Shown piece by piece: positions 18,022 through 27,708 of a stretch of DNA of 64,000 bases. The notes under the pieces are model-generated. The model ran no database searches. It worked only from the letters and a program-made list of their open reading frames with translations, and was not told where the DNA came from. The first letter of the stretch is position 1; each line of letters opens with the position of its first letter. The position numbers and the translations under genes were made by a program. The stretch is from an uncultured Pelagibacteraceae bacterium (lineage in GTDB: Bacteria; Pseudomonadota; Alphaproteobacteria; Pelagibacterales; Pelagibacteraceae): contig CACFTS010000002.1 in assembly GCA_902569285.1 (NCBI GenBank), forward strand, positions 9,200-73,199. Reading direction: 5' to 3'.

Positions 18022-18819
18022 TTAATTCTCTTTCCCCATAATTTCTTCTTCCATGTTCCAAATCATGGTTAGAATTTCTTCTCTCTTACTTGAAAAATCT
18101 TTATTATTTTTTATTTCTCTTAAATCTCCATTCAATCCCATTGACGCAAAAGGTAGATTGTATTCTTTATGTATTCGTCCTGGTCTTGGAGCCATTACAT
18201 ATAATCTTTCACCAAGTAGGAGAGCTTCTTCTACAGAGTGAGTAATTAAAATAATAGTTTTACCAGTTTCTTTCCAAATTTTTAAAACTAGAGACTGCAT
18301 TTTTTCTCTTGTTAATGCATCTAATGCACCTAAAGGTTCATCCATTAAAATTAAATCTGGATCGTTAATTAAACACCTTGCAAGAGCAACTCGTTGCTGC
18401 ATTCCACCTGATAATTGATAAGTTGGTGTGTTTCCAAATCCTTTTAACCCTACAATTTCTAACCATTCCTCAACTCTTTTAGCTGTAGAGATTGGATCTT
18501 CTTTTTTCATTCTTAAACCAAAGTTCACATTTTCAGCAACAGTTAACCATTCGAATAAAGCACCTTGTTGAAACACCATGCCTCTCTGAACACCAGGGCC
18601 GTTGATTTCATTTCCTCCAAGGGTAATTAATCCTGAAGTGGGTCTTAAAAAACCTGCGGTGATATTTAATAAAGTTGTTTTTCCACATCCTGATGGACCA
18701 AGAACTGTTAAAAGTTCTCCTTTTTTTAGAGTAAAATTTAAATCTTTTAATGCATGAACTGTTTCTCCTTTAGGAGTTTTAAAAACCATATTTAGATTTT
18801 GAGAAACTAAATCACTCAT
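18022..18819 (-). CDS. tauB: Taurine/sulfonate ABC transporter ATP-binding protein
   Basis: GPSGCGKTTLL, RGMVFQQGALFEW, LSGGMQQRV, MDEPLGALDALTRE, MAPRPGR. Confidence 0.92.
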   Translation of the reverse strand: MSDLVSQNLNMVFKTPKGETVHALKDLNFTLKKGELLTVLGPSGCGKTTLLNITAGFLRPTSGLITLGGNEINGPGVQRGMVFQQGALFEWLTVAENVNFGLRMKKEDPISTAKRVEEWLEIVGLKGFGNTPTYQLSGGMQQRVALARCLINDPDLILMDEPLGALDALTREKMQSLVLKIWKETGKTIILITHSVEEALLLGERLYVMAPRPGRIHKEYNLPFASMGLNGDLREIKNNKDFSSKREEILTMIWNMEEEIMGKEN

Positions 18820-18849
18820 ACGAATAACTTTATATTAGAATTTTTTTTT

Positions 18850-18888
18850 AAAAAAATAGGCACCAATTTTTTAAATTGGCGCCTATTT
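18850..18888 (-). terminator. Intercistronic terminator-like hairpin after tauA
   Basis: Minus-strand RNA AAAUAGGCGCCAAUUU / AAAUUGGUGCCUAUUU, 16-bp stem with one G-U, running into a U tract. Confidence 0.8.
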
Positions 18889-18911
18889 AAATTTTTTAGC
18901 TCTATAAAAAA

Positions 18912-19856
18912 CTATAGAGGTAAGAAGCTAGTGTCTACTGCTCCACTTGGTGTTCCCATTCCTTTTAGGAATCCATCAAGATTACCACTTTCCATAGATT
19001 TTTTAGTTTCTTCTGGTGTTAAAAACTTAAATCCACCGATAGTTTCTTTCATATCTGCAAGCTTCATTTCAGCATCTTTTGCTATAACGTTCATGTCTGA
19101 TTTACCAGCAGCATATCTAGCATTAGCTTCATGTGTTACTTCTATGAAGGTTCTAAGCATTCCTGGATTTTCTTTCATGAATTTGTCAGTTACAGACGTA
19201 ATATCTATACCTAAGATACCAGCATCACGAGCTTCTTGAACAGTTAAAAGTCTTGATCCCACAGCTGTTGCAGCTTTAATAGAGTTACCACCAAATAGAC
19301 AAGCCATAACAACATCACCACTAACTAAAGCAGCAGCTCCTTCTTCAGGGTCCATTTGAATAACATCCATTTTGCCTCTATCAGCTCCTACAACTTTCAT
19401 ACTTTCATCAAAAACGTATTCAGCCATAGTTCCTAATGGAACAGCAACTTTTTTACCTTCTAATTCAGAAGCGTTAGCTTTTGTAATACCAGAAGCATTA
19501 GATGTAACACAAGTAGTTCCACCCATACCGTATTCCATAGCAATATCTACAAGCTTCAAAGGTGCTTTAGATTTAACAGCATTTATAAATGGTACTAAAC
19601 CTTGTGAGTAAGAGATATCAATATCTCCTGCTAACATAGCATCTGTCATTGCTCCACCATTTGAAAAGTTAGTCCATTTAACTGGAACACCTAAAGCTTT
19701 ATCAAAAAGTTTTTTTACTTTGTCTTCTTGGTTAGGCGTTGGCCATTCTAAAAAGAAAGCAACTCTAACTTCATTTGCAGCAGCATTCGCAATTGATACA
19801 GATAAGTTTAGAGCAACGATTGTACCAAGAATAAAACTAATTATTTTTTTCATCAT
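18912..19856 (-). CDS. tauA: Taurine ABC transporter substrate-binding protein
   Basis: Signal peptide; VRVAFFLEWPTPN, VKWTNFSNGGAMTDAMLAGDIDISYSQG, LEGKKVAVPLGT; adjacent to tauBC and tpa. Confidence 0.88.
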   Translation of the reverse strand: MMKKIISFILGTIVALNLSVSIANAAANEVRVAFFLEWPTPNQEDKVKKLFDKALGVPVKWTNFSNGGAMTDAMLAGDIDISYSQGLVPFINAVKSKAPLKLVDIAMEYGMGGTTCVTSNASGITKANASELEGKKVAVPLGTMAEYVFDESMKVVGADRGKMDVIQMDPEEGAAALVSGDVVMACLFGGNSIKAATAVGSRLLTVQEARDAGILGIDITSVTDKFMKENPGMLRTFIEVTHEANARYAAGKSDMNVIAKDAEMKLADMKETIGGFKFLTPEETKKSMESGNLDGFLKGMGTPSGAVDTSFLPL

Positions 19857-20042
19857 TTCCCTCTCGTTAATTTAATTAAATTAGTGATATTTAAATTCAA
19901 TTTTTGATAGAAGTAAAACAAAATAAATATTGCAATCTAAGGTTGTGCAATAAGGTAAGGATAATCTTTATAGCAAAATAGTTCTAGTAAACCAGTAAAT
20001 TTAGTCTAAAAATTTTAAAATTATTAAGTTAAAAATATTATT

Positions 20043-21389
20043 ATGAGCTCAGAAAATAGAACTTCCGTTCCAAATTCATTAAATGAACATTGGATGCCAT
20101 TTACATCTAATAAAGATTTTAAAGAAAATCCAAGATTAATTACTGAAGCTAAAGGTGTTTATTTAAAAAATCATCATGGCAAAACTCAAATTGATGCTAG
20201 TTCAGGATTATTTTGCAATCCATTAGGACATGGAAGAGAAGAAATTATAAACGCTATAACAAATCAATTAAAAAAATTAGATTATGCTCAACCATTTCAA
20301 CAAGGTTTTGGTGGATCATTTGAACTTGCGACGAAAATTGCAAAACACACTCCAGCAAATTTAAATAGAATTTTTTATACAATGTGTGGTTCAAGTGCAG
20401 TTGAAACAGCAATCAAAATTTCAATTGCTTATCATAGAGCTAATGGACAAGGTGAAAGATTTAGAATTATAGGAAGAGAAAGAGGATATCATGGTATGCA
20501 TATAGGAGGTACTTCTGTTGGTGGCATGATTAATAATGTAAAAACATTTGCAAATATTTTAATGCCAGGTGTGGTTCACATGAGACATACTCATTTACCA
20601 GAACATAAATTTGTATCAGGACAACCTGAAACTGGAGCTGAATTAGCAAATGATTTAGAAAGAATTTGTGCAAACTTTGGAGCGGAAAACATTTCTGCTT
20701 GCATAGTAGAACCAATAGCAGGTTCAACAGGCACTTTAGTTCCACCAAAAGGGTATTTACAAAGATTAAGAGAAATATGTGATAAACACGGAATATTATT
20801 AATTTTTGATGAAGTAATTACTGGCTGGGGAAGAACAGGTTCACCTTTTGCTTCTCAGGAATTTGATGTAACTCCAGATATTATAACAATGGCTAAAGCA
20901 ACAACCAATGGAATTGTTCCAATGGGTGTAGTTGCTTGTAAAGAAGAAATTTATGATACTGTAATGGATGCTTCTCCAAAAGGATCAGTGGAATTGTTTC
21001 ATGGTTACACTTATTCAGGAATCCCAGTTGCAGTTGCTGCAGCACTAGCAGTTCAAGATATTTTTGAAAAAGAAGACATTTTTAATAGAGCTAAAAATTT
21101 AACACCATATTTCCAAAAAGGTTTATTTTCTCTTCAGGATTTGGAGTCGGTAGACAATATAAGAGGTTATGGAATGATGGGTGGAATTGATATGAAATTA
21201 AATACAAAACCAGGTAAAGCTGGTTATGAATGTTTCAAAGCATGTTATGAAGCAGGTGTAAATTTTAAAGCAACAGGAGATTGTTTAATTATTGCTCCAC
21301 AATTTATTTGTGAGGAAAAACATATTGATGAGATTATTGATAAACTTAGAACAGGTATCACTAACTATCAAAAAAACCAAAAAAACTAG
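20043..21389 (+). CDS. tpa: Class III PLP aminotransferase (taurine/beta-alanine:pyruvate aminotransferase)
   Basis: HWMPFT, RGYHG, IVEPIAGS, LIFDEVITGWGRTG, DIITMAK (PLP lysine), FHGYTYSG; divergent from tauA and followed by ald. Confidence 0.8.
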   Translation: MSSENRTSVPNSLNEHWMPFTSNKDFKENPRLITEAKGVYLKNHHGKTQIDASSGLFCNPLGHGREEIINAITNQLKKLDYAQPFQQGFGGSFELATKIAKHTPANLNRIFYTMCGSSAVETAIKISIAYHRANGQGERFRIIGRERGYHGMHIGGTSVGGMINNVKTFANILMPGVVHMRHTHLPEHKFVSGQPETGAELANDLERICANFGAENISACIVEPIAGSTGTLVPPKGYLQRLREICDKHGILLIFDEVITGWGRTGSPFASQEFDVTPDIITMAKATTNGIVPMGVVACKEEIYDTVMDASPKGSVELFHGYTYSGIPVAVAAALAVQDIFEKEDIFNRAKNLTPYFQKGLFSLQDLESVDNIRGYGMMGGIDMKLNTKPGKAGYECFKACYEAGVNFKATGDCLIIAPQFICEEKHIDEIIDKLRTGITNYQKNQKN

Positions 21390-21432
21390 TTAGTTTATAT
21401 TTTTATATATCTATAGTTAACAGAGAGAGATA

Positions 21433-22548
21433 ATGAAGATAGGCGTACCTAAAGAAATAAAACCACAAGAAAATAGAATTGGTTTAACACCAGATAGTGT
21501 GAAAACTTTAGTTTCAGAAGGTCATGAAGTTTTAGTTGAAGATAATGGTGGATTTGAAGCAGGATTTGAAAATGATCAATACACTAAAGCAGGCGCAAAA
21601 ATTTTAAATAAAGCACCAGATATTTTTAATGATGCGGATATAATTGTTAAGGTAAAAGAACCTCAAAAAGTAGAAGTAGACATGATTAGAGAAAATCAAA
21701 TTATTTATACTTATCTTCACTTAGCTGCTGCAAAAGAACTTACTGAAGGATTAATTAAATCTAAGAGCATTAATATAGCCTATGAAACAGTTACAGACGA
21801 TAATGGCAGACTTCCTTTGCTAGCACCTATGAGTGCAGTTGCAGGTCGTATGTCGGTTCAAGCTGGAGCACATTGTTTAGAAAAAAACCAAAAAGGCAGA
21901 GGAATTTTATTAGGAGGAGCACCAGGCGGTGAGCCAGCAAATGTATTAATTCTTGGAGGTGGAGTTGTAGGAGAAAATGCTGCAACAATAGCAACTGGTA
22001 TGAGAGCCAAAGTTCATATAGTTGATAAATCTGAAGCAAGATTAAAACAACTAGTTCAAATGTTTAGGGATAAAATTATTCCTGAACAAAGTGATAAAAT
22101 TGATTTAAATAAATTGGTAGCAGAAGCTGATTTATTAATTGGTGGTGTTTTAATACCAGGGGCAGAAGCGCCAAAATTAGTTACTAAAAATATGTTAAAA
22201 TTAATGAAAAGAGGTTCTGTAATAGTTGATGTTGCAATTGATCAAGGTGGATGTGTTGAAACAAGCAAACCAACAACTCATGGAGATCCAACATACGTAG
22301 TTGATGATGTTGTTCATTACTGTGTTGCAAATATGCCAGGTGGAGTTCCTAGAACTTCAACATTTGCATTGAATAAGGCAACTCTTCCTTATTTAGTAAA
22401 ATTAGCAAATAAAGGTTATCAAAAAGCTTTAGGTGAAGACAAAAATTTTTTAGCTGGATTAAATGTTTGTCAGGGTAAAGTAACTTATAAAGCTGTAGCT
22501 GATGTATTTGGTCATGAATATATTTCTCCAATGGAGGCTATAAGCTAA
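21433..22548 (+). CDS. ald: Alanine dehydrogenase
   Basis: MKIGVPKEIK, KVKEP, TYLHLAA, LLAPMSAVAGR, DVAIDQGGC, HYCVANMPG. Confidence 0.97.
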   Translation: MKIGVPKEIKPQENRIGLTPDSVKTLVSEGHEVLVEDNGGFEAGFENDQYTKAGAKILNKAPDIFNDADIIVKVKEPQKVEVDMIRENQIIYTYLHLAAAKELTEGLIKSKSINIAYETVTDDNGRLPLLAPMSAVAGRMSVQAGAHCLEKNQKGRGILLGGAPGGEPANVLILGGGVVGENAATIATGMRAKVHIVDKSEARLKQLVQMFRDKIIPEQSDKIDLNKLVAEADLLIGGVLIPGAEAPKLVTKNMLKLMKRGSVIVDVAIDQGGCVETSKPTTHGDPTYVVDDVVHYCVANMPGGVPRTSTFALNKATLPYLVKLANKGYQKALGEDKNFLAGLNVCQGKVTYKAVADVFGHEYISPMEAIS

Positions 22549-22989
22549 ATGTATAGACCTTTACCAAAAGGACTAACAATTAAAAATTCACCTATTGAAG
22601 GACTAGGTTTGTATGCAAAAGAAGATATAAAAAATAATGTTTTTTTAGGAGTAACTCATATAAGAGATGAACAATTTGAAAATAAATATATTAGAACTCC
22701 ATTAGGAGGTTTTTATAATCACTCTAATAATCCAAATATAATGAGAATGGTGTCTGATGTTTTGCCAAAATTGAAATTTGGAGATTTGGTAAATCCAAAT
22801 ACAAACGCAAAAAAAATTGAAGATGGAAATAATAATAGAGATAATATGTTTTATAATTTAGAAGAAAAAAGTGATGCAAAATATATGTTTTTAATAACGA
22901 TAAGAGAAATCAAAGCAGACGAAGAATTAACAGCAAACTACAATCTTTATACCTATCCTAAAACAGGAGTAGGCCTACAAATGATTTAA
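22549..22989 (+). CDS. SET domain protein (putative SAM-dependent N-methyltransferase)
   Basis: SET motifs SPIEGLGLYA, FYNHSNNPN and IREIKADEELTANY. Confidence 0.85.
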   Translation: MYRPLPKGLTIKNSPIEGLGLYAKEDIKNNVFLGVTHIRDEQFENKYIRTPLGGFYNHSNNPNIMRMVSDVLPKLKFGDLVNPNTNAKKIEDGNNNRDNMFYNLEEKSDAKYMFLITIREIKADEELTANYNLYTYPKTGVGLQMI

Positions 22990-25430
22990 TGAAAGAATTA
23001 CCTAGCTCAACCAAAGTAGTTGTAATTGGTGGTGGTGTAGTTGGATGTTCTTGTGCTTATCATTTAGCTAAATTTGGTTGGAAAGATATAATTCTTTTAG
23101 AGAGAGATCAGTTAACCTCAGGAACTACATGGCATGCTGCTGGACTTGTTAGTCAATTAGGACCAACTGCAGCGATAACCAAAATAAGAAAATATACATT
23201 GGATCTTTATAAAGAGCTTGAAAAGAAAGTTGATCATTCTGCAGGTTTAAGATTAAACGGTGCACTTTCAATTGCTCAAAATAAAGGACGATGGCAAGAA
23301 TTACAAAGACAAGCAACAACAGCCCAACTTTATGATGTTGATGTTCGAATTTTAGATAAAGATCAAATTAAAAAAGATTATCCTATTATTAATACTGATG
23401 AAGTAATTGGAGGAATTTTAATGCCTGGTGATGGAGCGGCTGATCCTTCAGGTGTAACACATATGTTGGCAAAAGCAGCTAGACTTGAAGGTGCTAAAAT
23501 TTTTGAAAAATCTCCAGTTGAAGAAATTTTAACTAAAAATGGAAAAATTTCAGGAGTTAAAGTTAATGGAAAGGAAATTGAATGTGAATATATTGTTTTA
23601 GCATCTGGCATGTGGTCTAGGCAAATTGGAGAAAAGGCTGGTGTTAGCATACCACTTTATCCTGCAGAGCATTTTTATATTATTACCGAACCAATAGAAA
23701 ATTTGTCTAAAACTTTACCAGTAATAAGAGATTTTGATAACAGTACTTATATTAAAGAAGATGCTGGTAAAATTTTAGTAGGAATTTTTGAGGGAAAATC
23801 TATTCCAGCTTTTGATAAAATAAATATGGTTCCAGAAGATTTTTCTTTTGGTGAGTTTCCCGAAAATTTTGAACATTTTGAACCTTATTTGAAATCAGCC
23901 ATAAAAAGATTTCCAGTTTTGGAAACTGTTGGAATTAGAAAATTTTTTGCAGGTCCAGAATCTTTTACCCCTGATACCAACACTTTATTAGGTGAAGTTC
24001 CAGAAGTTAAAAATTTTTTTGTATGCTGTGGTTTAAATAGTATTGGAATTGGAAGTGGAGGAGGAGTTGGTAAAGTTACAGCTGAATGGTTAATGACTGG
24101 TCATATTAATGAAGATATTTTTAGTTATGATATTAAAAGATTTCAAAAGTTTCACTCTGAATTAGGATTTATCAAAAAAAGAATAACAGAAACTTTAGGT
24201 GATTTGTATGGAATGCATTGGCCATTTAAACAACACAAAACTTCAAGAAATATTAAAACACTTCCTCACCATGAAAATTTAAAAAGTTTTGGAGCGTGTT
24301 TTGGGGTTTCAAGTGGATATGAAAGACCAATGTGGTTTGCATTAGATGGCGAAAAAGCAGAATATAAATACAATTATAATTATCAAAATTGGTATCCATC
24401 GGCAGAATATGAAACCAATAATACTATTAAGAATATTGGTTTATTTGATTTAACACCTTTTTCTAAGTTTGAAATAAAATCAGAAAATGCACATCAAGAA
24501 TTACAGAAAATATGTACAGCAAATATCAAAAATGAAGTTGGAAAATGCACTTATACACACATGTTAAATGCTGATGGGGGTATAGAAACTGATTTGACAG
24601 TTGTTTGTGTTGAAAAAAATAATTTTAGAATAATAAGCTCTGCTGCAACTAGAGAAAGAGATAAATTTCACATAAAAAAACATCTTTCTAAAGAAATTGA
24701 ATTAAAAGATGTAACGGATAATTTTTGTGTATTTGGATTATTTGGTCCAAAAAGTAGAGATTTAATTAAAACAATTAGTAAAGATGATTTTGATAATGAT
24801 AAATTTAAATTTGGAACAGCAAAATATATTACAGTTGATGGAGTTAAAATTTGGGCTCAAAGATTATCTTATGTTGGTGAATTAGGTTATGAAATATATA
24901 CAGAATTTAAAGATGCTAAAAAAATATACGAATTACTTATTGAAAAAGGTAAAGATTTTAATCTTTCCAACTGTGGAATGCATGCAATGGATATAATGCG
25001 AATGGAAAGTGGATTTTTACATTGGGGACACGATATTTCTCCAGAGGAAAATCAGTACCAAGCAGGTTTGTCTTTTACAATTAGTAATAAAAAGAATGTA
25101 GATTTTATTGGTAAACAAGCTCTAGAAAAAATTAAAAATGAAAAGCTTAAAAGTAAATTTGCAATGTTTACTTTAAAAGATAGTAAGCCAGGAGAACCTT
25201 TATTACTTCATGATGAGCCAATTTATATGGATGATAAGATTATAGGAAGATCGACATCTGGAAATTATTCATTTAACTTTAAAAAAAACTTGGTATTTGG
25301 ATATATCAATAACGATTTATCCAATAAAGAACTTCAATCTAAAAATTTATTTATTGAAGTGGAAAAACAAAAATATCCAATATCAATTCAATTAATGCCC
25401 TTGAAACAAACGGATTTTAAAAATTTATAA
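22989..25430 (+). CDS. GcvT-family FAD-dependent dimethylglycine/sarcosine dehydrogenase-like protein
   Basis: IGGGVVGCS, TSGTTWHAAG (covalent FAD His), GPESFTPD, GYERPMWF, SYVGELGYE, RMESG; 813 aa with folate-binding C-terminus. Confidence 0.92.
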   Translation: MKELPSSTKVVVIGGGVVGCSCAYHLAKFGWKDIILLERDQLTSGTTWHAAGLVSQLGPTAAITKIRKYTLDLYKELEKKVDHSAGLRLNGALSIAQNKGRWQELQRQATTAQLYDVDVRILDKDQIKKDYPIINTDEVIGGILMPGDGAADPSGVTHMLAKAARLEGAKIFEKSPVEEILTKNGKISGVKVNGKEIECEYIVLASGMWSRQIGEKAGVSIPLYPAEHFYIITEPIENLSKTLPVIRDFDNSTYIKEDAGKILVGIFEGKSIPAFDKINMVPEDFSFGEFPENFEHFEPYLKSAIKRFPVLETVGIRKFFAGPESFTPDTNTLLGEVPEVKNFFVCCGLNSIGIGSGGGVGKVTAEWLMTGHINEDIFSYDIKRFQKFHSELGFIKKRITETLGDLYGMHWPFKQHKTSRNIKTLPHHENLKSFGACFGVSSGYERPMWFALDGEKAEYKYNYNYQNWYPSAEYETNNTIKNIGLFDLTPFSKFEIKSENAHQELQKICTANIKNEVGKCTYTHMLNADGGIETDLTVVCVEKNNFRIISSAATRERDKFHIKKHLSKEIELKDVTDNFCVFGLFGPKSRDLIKTISKDDFDNDKFKFGTAKYITVDGVKIWAQRLSYVGELGYEIYTEFKDAKKIYELLIEKGKDFNLSNCGMHAMDIMRMESGFLHWGHDISPEENQYQAGLSFTISNKKNVDFIGKQALEKIKNEKLKSKFAMFTLKDSKPGEPLLLHDEPIYMDDKIIGRSTSGNYSFNFKKNLVFGYINNDLSNKELQSKNLFIEVEKQKYPISIQLMPLKQTDFKNL

Positions 25431-26279
25431 TTAAGATTGTTTTCTTAAAATTAACACAAAAATCACTGAAGTAGTCATCATGATCAATGCATAAGCAGCT
25501 GTTGGTATCATATATGTTATATCGTCAAATAATTGAGTTCCAACAAAAACAGCCAATGTTCCATTTTGAAGCCCACATTCTAAAGATATACATCTTTGCT
25601 GGGCTATACCTGATGCAAAAAATTTAGCTACATAAAAACCAATTATCATCATAGTAATATTTAAGATAAAAGTAATAATTCCAGCTGTAGTTAAGAATTT
25701 TATAATTTTATTCCATTCTTCAATATAAATTGCCGCAAAAACAATTATAAAAACTCCAACAGAAAGTCTTTGAATAGTTTTAATATTATTAATGATAAAA
25801 TTATTTGCAAAATGTCTAATAATCATTCCAAGCATTACAGGAATGGTAACGACAAGAAACATCTTTAAAGAAATTCCTACCATTGAGATTTCTTTAGAAA
25901 CATAATTGATATTAAATAATTCTATAGATTGAAGAACGACAAATGGAACCCAAACGATGCTAATTAAACTCATTATTGCTGTTAAAGAAATAGACAGAGC
26001 AACATCACCATCGGCAAATTTTGTTAAAACATTTGAAGTTACTCCTCCGGGTGCTGCTGCGATTAACATAACACCTAAAGCTAATTCAATTGGAACTTTT
26101 AATAAAATGATAAGTAGATAAGCTACTAATGGTAGAACGAATAACTGACAAACAAAACCTATAAAAAAATCTTTTGGATTTTTTAACACTCTTAAAAAAT
26201 CAGCTACTGTTAAAGATGCACCCAAACCCAACATCAACAATGCTAAAGCAATTGGCGCAATAGTTGTTACAATTCCCAT
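25431..26279 (-). CDS. BASS bile acid:Na+ symporter family transporter
   Basis: MLGLGASL, AAAPGGVTSN, GDVALSISLT, SLECGLQNGTLA. Confidence 0.92.
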   Translation of the reverse strand: MGIVTTIAPIALALLMLGLGASLTVADFLRVLKNPKDFFIGFVCQLFVLPLVAYLLIILLKVPIELALGVMLIAAAPGGVTSNVLTKFADGDVALSISLTAIMSLISIVWVPFVVLQSIELFNINYVSKEISMVGISLKMFLVVTIPVMLGMIIRHFANNFIINNIKTIQRLSVGVFIIVFAAIYIEEWNKIIKFLTTAGIITFILNITMMIIGFYVAKFFASGIAQQRCISLECGLQNGTLAVFVGTQLFDDITYMIPTAAYALIMMTTSVIFVLILRKQS

Positions 26280-26345
26280 TTATTTACCCCGATCCTATTC
26301 TTATAGTATATAAATTAATTAAAGATAGTGAAAAACTACAAATAT

Positions 26346-27326
26346 TTATGAGATCATAATTAGATTAAGTATTTTCCTTAAGAATTTGGATTTATCTTTG
26401 AGAACTAATGCATGATGAGGGTTTAATGATTCAATATTCTCTCCTCCTAAAAAATATTGTTTTTTATCATTTATTAATAAAATATTTTTTTTAATCATAG
26501 TTTTACATTTTCTTATTACAGTTGCACGAGGGATATTTGTCATATCTGATATAGACATAGCACTTAACCCAGGACTTTTTTTACCTTCTGAAACTAAATT
26601 TTTAACCCAAGTTTTACGGTTAAGGTTTATACCAGCAACATTTCTTTTAGAAAGGTTAATTGATTGATTCATAAGAACTGTTGTTACAATATGACAACTT
26701 AATATATCTTTAAAAAATTTGTTGTATGAAAGTATTAAAGGTATTTGCATTCTAAAAAACCATCTTAAACATAATGACCAATTTTTTTTGACAATATTTT
26801 CAATTATTTCTTGAGATAAATCTTTTGAGAAAACATTTTTAACGTCAGTACTTTTGAGCATCTGATTAACAAATAGAGAAACATATTTTGATGTAATTTT
26901 GATTTGTTGTAGTTGAGAATTTTTATCAAAAGCTGAACGATCTAAAATAATTTGTTTTTTTTTTCTTATTAAAATACCTAATTTTTCAAGCTCTAAAACT
27001 TTTCGTCTAATTGTTTCTTTAGGTAATGAAAGTTTTTCACAAAGTTCGGTAATGCTAAATTTTTCTATTATTAGAGTTGGTTTTGAATTGAATTGATCAA
27101 AATTAAGATCAACACTCATTGTATTATAAAATTGTAAAGTTTTTTCAACTAATGAAATTATAATCAGAAATTTTATATGATCTTTAAAAGGCAAGTATAG
27201 GTAGTTCAACCAATTCCATTGGTGGGCCATCCAATCATTTCCTAACGCAACGTAATTTTTGACCAAGTTATCATAAACTTGTTCATCAGTAAGAGTTTTG
27301 GAAAAATCAATTTTTTTAATACTCAT
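26346..27326 (-). CDS. Hypothetical protein with two winged-HTH domains (the ORF track start at 27362 is also possible)
   Basis: Internal repeat: FSITELCEKLSLPKETIRRKVLELEKLGILIR and LSAMSISDMTNIPRATVIRKCKTMIKKNILL. Confidence 0.7.
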   Translation of the reverse strand: MSIKKIDFSKTLTDEQVYDNLVKNYVALGNDWMAHQWNWLNYLYLPFKDHIKFLIIISLVEKTLQFYNTMSVDLNFDQFNSKPTLIIEKFSITELCEKLSLPKETIRRKVLELEKLGILIRKKKQIILDRSAFDKNSQLQQIKITSKYVSLFVNQMLKSTDVKNVFSKDLSQEIIENIVKKNWSLCLRWFFRMQIPLILSYNKFFKDILSCHIVTTVLMNQSINLSKRNVAGINLNRKTWVKNLVSEGKKSPGLSAMSISDMTNIPRATVIRKCKTMIKKNILLINDKKQYFLGGENIESLNPHHALVLKDKSKFLRKILNLIMIS

Positions 27327-27421
27327 AATTGCAAAAGTAGATTTGAAACCCAAAATGAACATGTGTCAACTAAATATTGACCCAGTTTGAACTTTAATAA
27401 AATTGTTACACTAAATTATTC

Positions 27422-27667
27422 ATGTTTAATTATAGTATGGAAAATAAAGGCTTTGCAGAAAAACAAACTAAAATCGTGACCCCGAGTGGTTTTGTTATTA
27501 CTGAAAAGCCTTTAAAAAATGGAAAAACTACTTCTAAACGAGTTGATATCAATGTTTTAAAATCAAAACTTCAAGAGACTGAAAGTAAGGAATTCAAAAA
27601 AAATATTTCCATCTTTTCATTTTTAATTTTGGCATTAGCCTCTTTAGGAATTTACCTTTCATTTTGA
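27422..27667 (+). CDS. Small hypothetical protein with a C-terminal TM helix (start may be 27437)
   Basis: KRVDINVLKSKL motif, charged linker, C-terminal ISIFSFLILALASLGIYLSF. Confidence 0.65.
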   Translation: MFNYSMENKGFAEKQTKIVTPSGFVITEKPLKNGKTTSKRVDINVLKSKLQETESKEFKKNISIFSFLILALASLGIYLSF

Positions 27668-27708
27668 TAAAATTTGCAAATAATATTAATTCGTGATTAA
27701 ATTGAGTT

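Noticed and set aside
14449-23650. Antisense or alternate-frame ORFs (14449, 14743, 15753, 16221, 16493, 18053, 18931, 19372, 20530, 21827, 22349, 23378)
   Set aside because: They lie fully inside well-supported genes and have no motifs; typical shadow ORFs.
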